Shown piece by piece: positions 49,134 to 57,787 of a DNA stretch of 64,000 bases. The notes under the pieces were generated by a model. The model had not been told where the DNA came from, did no database searches, and was given only the letters and a program-made list of their open reading frames with translations. The stretch is from Spirulina sp. (GTDB taxonomy: Bacteria; Cyanobacteriota; Cyanobacteriia; Phormidesmidales; Phormidesmidaceae), in contig JBIPSI010000004.1 of assembly GCA_044070495.1 (NCBI GenBank), forward strand, positions 32,001-96,000, in the 5' to 3' direction. Position 1 is the first letter of the stretch. Every line of letters begins with the position of its first letter. Both the position numbers and the translations under genes were made by a program.

Positions 49134-50166
49134 AGCATCGATCTCCTATCTATACTGTTCTGCTTACGTTGTTTTGTGTTGCCTGGATTCCTACGCTATC
49201 CCAGGGTGGGAGAAAAGGCAAAAGGTGCACCCACCGCCGTCCTAGACCAATCGGTTTGGCCCTAGTCACACCCTATCAGTCGCCTGAAGACGCACTGCCA
49301 TATCTCTGCCACAAAACTGTCATTGCTGCGAAATATGACCTTGCTAAGGTCTAAATCGTTACCAGTTGAGCGTTCGTCGAAGTAGGGACGGTAGGAGAAG
49401 GGAATGGCAACAAAACTGAAGCCCCATCGGCGAGGGACAACGAAAAACAACGGGAGAAATAGCGCAAACTTAACAACTCCCCTCCAGATGGTACGGTTCT
49501 CCGATGGGGAAACCCCCCTTGGGTGAACGCCCCAAACCCCAGATAATGTAGACATTGATAGGGGCTAAGGCCTAGGCATAGTGATAACTTTGCCGTGGAT
49601 AAAAAGGATCAAGGAGGTAGGAATTTTTAACGCTTGAAAGATCTCTTATCGGGGGCCTAAAGAGATCTTCCTAAAAAGGCCCGCTAGAAGTGGAAACTAA
49701 TTCCATGATCCGTACGTCATAAAGTTTTGTAAAGTCGAGCCTGCCCTTTACGCAACAGAGCGGTTGTTATATCCTGGAAGGAGAAACTCATAGTGATTAC
49801 GAGTTTACGCCGATGGCCCTGCCCATCCACCCAGGCCACCATAGAAGAGAAGTCTTCGTGAAGGGAAACCCTAGGGCACAGCATCTAGTTTGACTACGAG
49901 GGGCGACGTTGAGACGAGCCGGGTTGTCGCCCAACCCATCCTGCGAAGGCTAGTTTTGGCAAAAAAGGATAGCCATTAAAGCCAGTATCACCCCAAAACC
50001 GAGGCCAGCTCAGCATTGTGCGAGGCCGACGAGTTTTTATCCGGATAGTGTCCGCTGAGCGGAGATCCCTACGATACGATCCCCAGATTTTTTAAGACTT
50101 TCTTTGTTTGCAGAGCCATCAGAGTCAGGGCGTTACCAGCATTGTCAGTGGAGGAGAGGTCAACCG

Positions 50167-51150
50167 ATGACGAAAACCAAAACCCGTACTTTAAAAAACA
50201 AACCCCTCTATAGCGCCGATGCGGTGCGGACCTATCTCCATGAGATCGGGCGGGTTCCCCTGCTGACCCACGAAGAGGAAATTATCTTTGGCAAGCAGGT
50301 ACAAGCCTACATGGCGCTGCTGGAGCTAAAGGAATCCCTCACCGCCAGCCTAGATCGCGAACCCACCCGCAGCGAGTGGGCGGAAGCGGCTCAGATTGCC
50401 CCTGAGATGTTGGCTAAACAACTGCGCCAGGGCGAACGGGCCAAGCATAAGATGATCGAGGCCAACCTGCGCCTGGTGGTAGCCATTGCCAAGAAGTATC
50501 AAAAGCGCAACCTAGAATTTTTGGATCTGATCCAAGAAGGCACCCTGGGCCTAGAGCGGGGCGTGGAAAAATTTGATCCCACCAAGGGCTACAAGTTTTC
50601 GACCTACGCCTACTGGTGGATTCGTCAGGCCATTACCCGTGCCATTGCCCAGCAAGCACGCACCATTCGGTTGCCCATTCACATCACTGAAAAACTCAAC
50701 AAAATTAAGCGGGTGCAACGGGAGCTATCCCAACAGTTGGGTCGTGCCCCCAACGCCGCCGAAATTGGTGAAGCCCTGGAGCTTGATCCCAAGCAAATTC
50801 GGGAATTTTTGGTGCTGTCTCGCCAGCCTATTTCTCTGGATGTGCGGATTGGCGACAACCAAGACACCGAGCTACAAGAGCTGCTGGAGGACGATGGCAT
50901 TTCGCCGGAAACCTTCACCGCCCAAGAATCCCTTAAGCAGGACATTCGCAACCTGCTGTCGGAACTGACTCCGCAGCAAAAGGAAGTGATCACCCTGCGC
51001 TACGGCCTAGAGGACGGCAACGAGCTTTCCTTGGCCAAGGTGGGCAACCGCATGAACATCAGCCGCGAACGGGTGCGCCAGCTTGAGCAGCAAGCCCTCA
51101 AACACCTGCGTCGCCGCAAAGGGGCGATGCACGGCTACATTGCTAGCTAG
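50167..51150 (+). CDS. sigB: Group 2 RNA polymerase sigma factor (SigB-like)
   Basis: [48 protein letters not shown]; no region 1.1; paralog name is tentative. Confidence 0.85.
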   Translation: MTKTKTRTLKNKPLYSADAVRTYLHEIGRVPLLTHEEEIIFGKQVQAYMALLELKESLTASLDREPTRSEWAEAAQIAPEMLAKQLRQGERAKHKMIEANLRLVVAIAKKYQKRNLEFLDLIQEGTLGLERGVEKFDPTKGYKFSTYAYWWIRQAITRAIAQQARTIRLPIHITEKLNKIKRVQRELSQQLGRAPNAAEIGEALELDPKQIREFLVLSRQPISLDVRIGDNQDTELQELLEDDGISPETFTAQESLKQDIRNLLSELTPQQKEVITLRYGLEDGNELSLAKVGNRMNISRERVRQLEQQALKHLRRRKGAMHGYIAS

Positions 51151-51163
51151 GTTCATCGGATCG

Positions 51164-51276
51164 TCTTATCTGGGGTGGATTGTTTCGCGAAGTCATCCAC
51201 CCCAGATAAGAGTCGCTAAAACTCGGACACAGGATCCCCGCACACCAGAGTTGTTTCTGGTGTGCGGTTTTATTTT
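51164..51276 (+). terminator. 17-bp perfect hairpin followed by an intrinsic terminator
   Basis: TCTTATCTGGGGTGGAT/ATCCACCCCAGATAAGA (51164-51211); CCGCACACCAGA/TCTGGTGTGCGG plus TTTTATTTT (51238-51276). Confidence 0.75.
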
Positions 51277-51514
51277 ATTGGGTCTTTATCCCATTCGTTA
51301 GGGTGCATTCGCGTAGCCCAGCCATGCCCCCAGGAATCGTGACCTCTGCCCCGATTCTGTTAAGTTTGGTGAACCAATGCCCCTAGTTTTTGGGGTTTGA
51401 GCTATTAGTTTGTCGTTTCCGTTGCCCAGGCGTTTCCGTTGGGGGCTGCCCCCGTCACAACCCTGGGTCGGATCGCGCAGATCCCGACTGGTTCACCTCC
51501 CACAGGTTCCGCCA

Positions 51515-53515
51515 ATGCGTCCTCGTTTTCTCCCACTCCAACGGCTTTCTAGCACAGCCCTATGGGCGGCTCTGGCTCTGATGGCTACGCCAGCCCTGGC
51601 CCAAACCGCCGCACCGGGCAGCCTACAACCAAGGGTTTCGGCCCCGACGGAACCTCCGACCTACACCCTCATCCATGTCAACGCGAGTTCCGGTAGCAAC
51701 ACCAGCGGCGACGGTAGCCAACTACGGCCCTACCAAACCATCACCCATGCCCTGGGGATCGCCACGGCTAACTCCATCGTGCTGTTGGCACCGGGGGAAT
51801 ACAGCGAGGCTAGCGGTGAGCGCTTTCCGATCCAACTGCGGACGGGGGTGACGGTGCAGGGATCGCCCAACAGCGGCCTAGGCGAAACGGTGATTCGCGG
51901 CAGCGGCATTTTTGCGAGTACGACGGCGGGCATGGTGCAGGCGACCTTGATTGGGGCCGATGGCGCAGGCCTAGGCCATGTGACGGTGACCAACACCAGT
52001 ACGGCAGGCTATGGACTGGTGATTGAAGCGGGACGTCCGGCCATTCGCCAAAACCAGTTTGTGGGTAGTGGCTATGGTGGCGCGTATGTGTCGGGGAATA
52101 GTGCCCCGGTGCTGGAGGGTAACCAGTTTAGCCGCAACGGGGTGGTGGGTCTGGTGTTGGAGGGGCACACCGCCGCTGAGGTGCGGGGCAACCGCTTTGA
52201 GCAAACGGGCATTGGCATTCGGGTGGCCCCTGGTGCCCAGCCGCAGATTATTAACAACACCATCGTTCAAAACCAGGAGGGGTTGCTGCTGGACGGCAAT
52301 GCCAATCCGCACCTTCAGGACAATGTGATCGCCCAAAATCGTCGCAATGGGGTGGTGGAGTTTCAAACCGCCCTCAAGGCCGAGGATTCCGCCCCAGAGG
52401 CGATCTTGCCTACGATGCCCGCCGTTCCCGCCGTGTTGCAAGCCCCGCCGACCACGGGTACCCCCCTGGCGATGGTGCCCCAAGCGCTAACGGCGGCCCC
52501 TCCGGCCCAGGTTTCGCCCATGCTTCCAGGATCTTCTCCCCAGGGGGCTGTTGCCACTGCCATGGTGGAGCCGCCGCCCCGTGCCCCTGCGCCTGCGTCG
52601 TCTGTGGCCCCCCCGCCAGAGGCCGCAAGTCCTACGGCGACAGCGGTTGCCAGTCCCGTGGCGATGACGTCTGCCCCGGCAGAGGCCAATCCCCCCGTTC
52701 TGGCCAGCCGATCCGCCACCCCCCTGCCGGATTCCCTGCCCTTAGCACGGCTGACGTCGTCGGCCAGCCCCCAGCCCGCCCCCGCAGCAGCCCCAGCCCG
52801 CCCCAACGCCCCGACCCTGGCCACGGAGACGACTGCCCTTGCGGTACCCGTCCCAGGGGCGACGGCATCTCCATCGGCCAGTGCAGCCCAGCCCAGCGCT
52901 ACCGTAGTGGCCGCCAGGGAAAGCCTACGACGGTGGCGGCAGTCGTCCCAAGCCGCCCAAGGCACCGCCGCCACCCCTGAAACGACCTCGGAGGCTAGTT
53001 CTGAAGCCGTCCCCATTGCGGTGATTCCGCCCCCGGTAGATACCGTCGCCAGGGCCAGCGAACTGCCCGGTCGTCCAGCCGCGCAGCTTGTGGCGGCGCA
53101 AAGCTCCCGTCCAGTGGCCTCGGCCCAGCCCGCCTCGGTATCTTCTCCTAGCGCCGCTCGTCCCACTAATCCTGACCTCTTGCCCGTGCCCAGCCGCACC
53201 ATTCCCGTTGGCAGTGGCGGCAGTGCGATCCCTAACCTGGCCCCTCCTAGCACGGTGACAGCCCTCAACGGTGCGCCCCCGGCTCCGCCCTCCTATGGGG
53301 GATTGTTGGGATTGGTCTACAAAGTGGTGGTGCCCGCCGCCGACTCGACTAGCCAAGCCCAGGTGCGTGCCGCTGTGGCGGATGCCTTCCGGGTCAACCT
53401 GGGCGGTCAAACTATGATGCAGGTAGGAGCCTACGCCGATGAAGCCACTGCCGAAGCCAGGGCCAATGAGCTAATTGCCCAGGGCTTTGAGGCCCGTGTG
53501 GAGTACCGCCCCTAG
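51515..53515 (+). CDS. DUF1565/right-handed beta-helix protein with Pro/Ala linker and C-terminal SPOR-like domain
   Basis: Signal peptide ending ALA-Q, GDGS..RPY.TITHAL, LAPGEYS..SGE.FP, parallel beta-helix repeats, MQVGAY. Confidence 0.85.
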   Translation: MRPRFLPLQRLSSTALWAALALMATPALAQTAAPGSLQPRVSAPTEPPTYTLIHVNASSGSNTSGDGSQLRPYQTITHALGIATANSIVLLAPGEYSEASGERFPIQLRTGVTVQGSPNSGLGETVIRGSGIFASTTAGMVQATLIGADGAGLGHVTVTNTSTAGYGLVIEAGRPAIRQNQFVGSGYGGAYVSGNSAPVLEGNQFSRNGVVGLVLEGHTAAEVRGNRFEQTGIGIRVAPGAQPQIINNTIVQNQEGLLLDGNANPHLQDNVIAQNRRNGVVEFQTALKAEDSAPEAILPTMPAVPAVLQAPPTTGTPLAMVPQALTAAPPAQVSPMLPGSSPQGAVATAMVEPPPRAPAPASSVAPPPEAASPTATAVASPVAMTSAPAEANPPVLASRSATPLPDSLPLARLTSSASPQPAPAAAPARPNAPTLATETTALAVPVPGATASPSASAAQPSATVVAARESLRRWRQSSQAAQGTAATPETTSEASSEAVPIAVIPPPVDTVARASELPGRPAAQLVAAQSSRPVASAQPASVSSPSAARPTNPDLLPVPSRTIPVGSGGSAIPNLAPPSTVTALNGAPPAPPSYGGLLGLVYKVVVPAADSTSQAQVRAAVADAFRVNLGGQTMMQVGAYADEATAEARANELIAQGFEARVEYRP

Positions 53516-53530
53516 GTTGGCATCAGGTCA

Positions 53531-54133
53531 TCAGCGTTTGCGGGCAACAATGTTGAACAGGTGCCAGTGCTTTGCTTCGCCCAGGGCGGTTTGGCCAGGG
53601 TGATTTTCCTCCTCTAGCCATTCCACGGTGAAGGGGGCGAGGAGCGCATTCACCTGATCGCGGCGGTGGTGGGTGATGTGGGGATAAGCCGCCCAGGAAT
53701 CTTGATCGCCAAACAGTTGGCCGCAGAAGCGCCCCCCGGTCGCAAGGGCCACCACAATCTCTTCCCACAGGTGAGGGAACTGATCGGGCGGGCAGAAGGG
53801 CAGGCAAAAGCTGGCGTTGATCAGGCTGATATCGGGGGGCAGGGTGAGATCCTCAAACCGCTGCACGCGGGTTTCTAGGTAGGTGCGATCACAGTCGTCC
53901 CGTTGCCGCAATCGAGCAATGGCCTCCGCTTCCCCATCAATGGCCAGCACTCGCCAACCCTGGCGCAGCAGTTCCACCGTATCGCGCCCATCGCCGCAGC
54001 CCAAATCCACCGCCAAGGGCGGCAGGGGGTCGGCATCGGCGGCACAGCATTCCAGTGCCCTGGTCAGGGTGGATCGGGGTGGTCGGCCCTCCACCGCTTG
54101 GTAGTACTGGCTCCATCTCGCTTCAAAATTCAT
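53531..54133 (-). CDS. Class I SAM-dependent methyltransferase (TehB-like)
   Basis: VDLGCGDGRD, VLAID, GG.FCGQLFG. Confidence 0.88.
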   Translation of the reverse strand: MNFEARWSQYYQAVEGRPPRSTLTRALECCAADADPLPPLAVDLGCGDGRDTVELLRQGWRVLAIDGEAEAIARLRQRDDCDRTYLETRVQRFEDLTLPPDISLINASFCLPFCPPDQFPHLWEEIVVALATGGRFCGQLFGDQDSWAAYPHITHHRRDQVNALLAPFTVEWLEEENHPGQTALGEAKHWHLFNIVARKR

Positions 54134-54229
54134 GGTTCCTCCCACTGGCTCTGGACTGTTGGCATGGGGCCAGCGGTTTAAAAAGTCACACATTAGGGTT
54201 GGGCTAGGCTAGCCCCTCCGTGGGTTGGG

Positions 54230-54655
54230 TTAGGCAGGTTTGGAGTGCGGGCAAGTTTCTAGGTCGGGTCGTTCCTTGGCTTGATGTAGAGCTAGGGCGG
54301 TTTTGAGGCCGATCCACTGCTCCATGAAATCCAGATCAAACCCGACATGGCACTCTTTACCGACCTTCATTAAAGGGCGACGAATCAAAATCGGGTCGAG
54401 CAGCATCAGTTCTAGGGCGATTTCAGCATCCAAATCCTGGGGCACAATTAATCCGCTGGTAATGGCGGGGGCAGTGGTGTTGAACCATTGCGCTACGGGG
54501 AGATCGCCAAAGAAGGGGCGCAGGCGGTTTCGGGTCCAGGGCTCTAGCAATAAACTGCGGGCAATGACCCGATGGCCCGCCGCCTTAAGTAGTTTTTTCT
54601 GCTTGGTATTGTTGATACAGCCTGCCTTTTCGTAAAAAATTACCGTAGTCATCAT
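54230..54655 (-). CDS. Nitrogenase-associated ArsC/Spx-family protein (NifO-like)
   Basis: FYEKAGC.NN.KQK.LL..AGH, WFN..AP, P.LIRRPL, GFD. Confidence 0.88.
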   Translation of the reverse strand: MMTTVIFYEKAGCINNTKQKKLLKAAGHRVIARSLLLEPWTRNRLRPFFGDLPVAQWFNTTAPAITSGLIVPQDLDAEIALELMLLDPILIRRPLMKVGKECHVGFDLDFMEQWIGLKTALALHQAKERPDLETCPHSKPA

Positions 54656-54662
54656 TCGTCTC

Positions 54663-55289
54663 TCAGAAGGGTTTTGCGATCAAGGTCTCGGAATCAAACT
54701 GAAAGCGAGCGTTGGGTTGCGTTTCTCCATAGAGTTGAAAGGTGACGGCTGGCTCTGTGCCAAGGGTTTCCACTTGGTGGATAGCCGCAGGCATAAAGCT
54801 GATAATTTCTCCGGCGTTTAAGATGCGTTGCCCCGTTGATTCGATACGATCACCATCGCGGTTTTTTCGCCAAAAGGTGTGTCGTTCCTGCCCATCCAGT
54901 AAAGCAACAACTCCCCAGGATCCGTGGTTATGAATAGGCGTAGTTATGCCAGGGGCCGTAATCACATTTTGCACCGTTAATGGATAGCCTAATTCATCGT
55001 AAAGGGGAATAACCGTTGTTCCTATTTTCGGATCTGGTTTATCTCGTTTTGTACCTAGCCAATAGGAATTAAGAATTAATTTTCGCACCTTGCGGCGAAT
55101 ATGAGGCAGATAGTCCCACTGGTCAAACTCGTTGGGTGCGTAATCCAGAATATGTAGGATATCGCTCAGAAATTGGTGTAGATAATAGTGATCTTGCAGT
55201 AAGTCCCAAGGCCGGGGGGTGGGGCGCAGTTGGCACCTGCCCACCTCATCTACAAACCAATCTTGATGGAGCAAATCCGTGGTCATCAT
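54663..55289 (-). CDS. Cupin of cysteine/thiol dioxygenase type
   Basis: TPIHNHGSWGVV...E...FW, distal IHQVE and QLYG. Confidence 0.8.
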   Translation of the reverse strand: MMTTDLLHQDWFVDEVGRCQLRPTPRPWDLLQDHYYLHQFLSDILHILDYAPNEFDQWDYLPHIRRKVRKLILNSYWLGTKRDKPDPKIGTTVIPLYDELGYPLTVQNVITAPGITTPIHNHGSWGVVALLDGQERHTFWRKNRDGDRIESTGQRILNAGEIISFMPAAIHQVETLGTEPAVTFQLYGETQPNARFQFDSETLIAKPF

Positions 55290-55358
55290 CGGCCTCCATA
55301 GCCTGATCGAAAGCGGTTCGGCGGTAGAAGGGAGCGATTCCACCGCCGAGGAATGGGA

Positions 55359-55952
55359 CTAAGCCAGGACTGGCTCAGGGGTAGAGGCATCCTCCACCGC
55401 ACTTTGTTCAGGAACTTCGCCTTGGCAGAAGGCAAGTTCCGCTTCTAGTTCGGCCACAGCGGCCCAGGCTTCCTTCCCGGCATTAGAGTAGGGGCCTTTT
55501 GCCGCAGAAACACCGCGTGCATGGGCGACCTGGGCCTGGAGTGCCTTTTGCAGCAGAGGCACCCTAGGATTTTCCACAAAGTCACTCTTTTGCAGAATAT
55601 CGGTGTTAGAAATGATGCCGATCAAATCATTTTGGATCACTGGGGCGCGGTCAATACCAAAATGAGCAAACAAACGGGCCACATACTCAACACCCAGATC
55701 AGGGTTAATCACTAAGCAAGGTTTATTCATAATTTCGTAAACCTTGATAGTCTTGGGATCGGTGCCGTAGGCCACCACTTTATTCACAATGTCGGTATCT
55801 GTAACAATACCGTAGGCATCTTCAGAATTGCGACGCTCAACAATCAAAGAATGGAGCTTTTTGAATTTCATCAATTGAACAGCTTCGGCTACAGTCGCAG
55901 ACCCCTTAATAGTCGCGACTTCCTCGGTCATAATATCTCTTGCAGTAGCCAT
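55359..55952 (-). CDS. CBS-pair protein with degenerate C-terminal CP12 domain
   Basis: ARDIMT, YGIVT.TDI, EIMNKP, GIIS.TDI; tail AR.VSAAKGPYS...AWAAVAELEAE; AAGGAG SD. Confidence 0.85.
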   Translation of the reverse strand: MATARDIMTEEVATIKGSATVAEAVQLMKFKKLHSLIVERRNSEDAYGIVTDTDIVNKVVAYGTDPKTIKVYEIMNKPCLVINPDLGVEYVARLFAHFGIDRAPVIQNDLIGIISNTDILQKSDFVENPRVPLLQKALQAQVAHARGVSAAKGPYSNAGKEAWAAVAELEAELAFCQGEVPEQSAVEDASTPEPVLA

Positions 55953-56239
55953 AATTAACCTTCTCCTTACATGGATCAAAACAGTTTGGAAAGATCCTCC
56001 TAATGGTCTTTTGTGATTCCAAGCTAACTAGTTCAAGGGCATCACCTCCTGTAGGGATCGATAGATGATTAGATGCGCGTTAAGCGATGGATTGGGTAAA
56101 AAGAGATTGAGGAAAACGTAGTAGAACCCAACATCAGATTGTGCTTGCTTGGCAGCGGTCTTGTTAGGTTCTGCTATCGCGCTACTCAATCTAGACGGAA
56201 GTAGGCTGGATGGATCTGCCGATTGATCTGTTCCATGGG

Positions 56240-56770
56240 TTAGACGGCAATGGCTGGGAAATCTGGCTTGAGGATTTCTAGCCAATCAGCAATTCGCTGG
56301 TCGGTTTTGTCGCTTTCATTCACCTCATCAAGGGGTAACCCCACAAACTTGCCGTCTTGAATCGCCGATGATTGCTCAAAGGAATAGTCGTCCGCAGAAA
56401 CCGATCCTACCAGGTTGGCTCCCAGGGCTTTGAACTGTTTGTACAGAATGCCCAGGGCACCGACAAAATGCTTGCTGTGACCTTCACAGTCCCCAGGGCC
56501 AAAAAGGGCAATGGTTTTGCCAGAAAAGTCGGGCTTGTCCATCTCTATGTCAAAGAGGGGTTCTCGCCAATCGTTTTGGAGTTCCCCTGCGCCCCAGGTA
56601 GAACAACCGAGAATTAGGTAGTCGTACTTGAGTAAGTCATCCACATCATCGAAATCCTCTTCCATGCTGTAGAGGTCGCAATTATCTTCACCAATGGCCT
56701 CCTGTATTTTCCCTGCAATTTCTTCCGTGACGCCGGAGGTGCTGCCGTAGAAAAGTCCAATCTTTGTCAT
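56240..56770 (-). CDS. Long-chain flavodoxin (FldA/NifF-like)
   Basis: IGLFYGSTSGVTE, GCSTWGAGELQ.DW, ALFG.GD, FVGL.LDE.N. Confidence 0.93.
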   Translation of the reverse strand: MTKIGLFYGSTSGVTEEIAGKIQEAIGEDNCDLYSMEEDFDDVDDLLKYDYLILGCSTWGAGELQNDWREPLFDIEMDKPDFSGKTIALFGPGDCEGHSKHFVGALGILYKQFKALGANLVGSVSADDYSFEQSSAIQDGKFVGLPLDEVNESDKTDQRIADWLEILKPDFPAIAV

Positions 56771-56831
56771 GGGTCTTGCTCCCAGTAATAGGAAAATAGT
56801 CGTCGATCTAGGCGATTTCGTATGCCAATCT

Positions 56832-57131
56832 TCAAACGAGATAGGCTTCCATGTGGGTCTTAATCGTGCAGTCTGAGCGAGGATAGGCCGTACACAGCAG
56901 CACAAACCCCTTCGCCATTTGTTCGTCATCTAGGAATGACTGTTCGGACTGATCAATTTCACCTTCCACCAACTTGCCTACACAGCTTGAACATCCCCCG
57001 GAACGGCAGGAGAAGGGAAGCTCAATGTCGTTTTCTTCCGCCGCATCAACAATATAGGTGTCGTCATCAACTGGAATAGTGATGTCGATATTGCGTTTTT
57101 TGTTGATTAAATGAACCTGAAAAGTAGCCAT
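56832..57131 (-). CDS. fdxH: Nif-specific [2Fe-2S] ferredoxin FdxH
   Basis: V.LINKK motif, [23 protein letters not shown]; follows hesB. Confidence 0.9.
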   Translation of the reverse strand: MATFQVHLINKKRNIDITIPVDDDTYIVDAAEENDIELPFSCRSGGCSSCVGKLVEGEIDQSEQSFLDDEQMAKGFVLLCTAYPRSDCTIKTHMEAYLV

Positions 57132-57291
57132 GATGAGTCTCCTACTGAGAGAGATGAAATTAGGAAAGAAAGAGGATGGGGCGTTGGTATTTGGTTATTG
57201 GTTATTTGACCCTTACTCCTTCTGTCTGGTTCAACCTTGGATTCTGCTTCGCGCTAGCTGGTATCCGATATTTCTGACCAAAAACTGAGTA

Positions 57292-57321
57292 TTGGGTTCT
57301 GCTTGATAGCACCCAACCTAC
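57292..57321 (-). repeat. GTAG-type REP-like palindrome (family C)
   Basis: Reverse complement GTAGGTTGGGTGCTATCAAGCAGAACCCAA; related to 63794-63824. Confidence 0.6.
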
Positions 57322-57329
57322 GGCATGAA

Positions 57330-57695
57330 TTAACTACAGGGCACTCCGGTGGGGCTGCATTCTCCGGCCTGGAAGGACTTGCCGCAGCTACAGGTATCGG
57401 TTGCATTGGGGTTGCTAAATTTAAAGCCACTTTCTAGTAGGCTATCCACATAATCCACCACAATTCCCTCCAGCAGGGGCGCACTTTTCGGGTCAATAAA
57501 AACCTTTAATTGGCCCGATTCCACCACCTGATCATCGGCCTTGGGCGCATCGGAAATTTTGATGTCGTACTCGTAGCCGTTGCAGCCGCCATCTTTCACC
57601 GCAAGGCGTATGCCCCGACTGGGGGTGTAGTTGGGGGTGCCCCGCAAAAAGGTACGCAGGCGGAGTTCGGCAATGTCGGTGAGGGTGATAGTCAT
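57330..57695 (-). CDS. hesB: HesB/IscA-family Fe-S cluster carrier
   Basis: GGCNGYEY, GFKFSNPNA, CSCGKSF. Confidence 0.93.
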   Translation of the reverse strand: MTITLTDIAELRLRTFLRGTPNYTPSRGIRLAVKDGGCNGYEYDIKISDAPKADDQVVESGQLKVFIDPKSAPLLEGIVVDYVDSLLESGFKFSNPNATDTCSCGKSFQAGECSPTGVPCS

Positions 57696-57709
57696 GGGTT
57701 TAGGGGGGA

Positions 57710-57787
57710 TTGGTTACTGGTTATTGGTTATTGGTTACTAGTTATTGGTTCTAGTTACTGGTTGCTGATTACTGGTCACTGGTTACC
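57710..57787. repeat. Heptamer short tandem repeat array (STRR-type, TTGGTTA/CTGGTTA)
   Basis: About 11 degenerate 7-mers between hesA and hesB; shorter array at 57184-57207. Confidence 0.85.

Noticed and set aside
49370..49530. 6S RNA or canonical glutamine riboswitch
   Set aside because: The internal loop is very asymmetric for 6S, and the riboswitch P2 and 3' GAAG elements are missing; kept only as an unnamed candidate
49813..49893. 26-codon uORF upstream of sigB
   Set aside because: No SD and no recognisable features; chance ORF is likely
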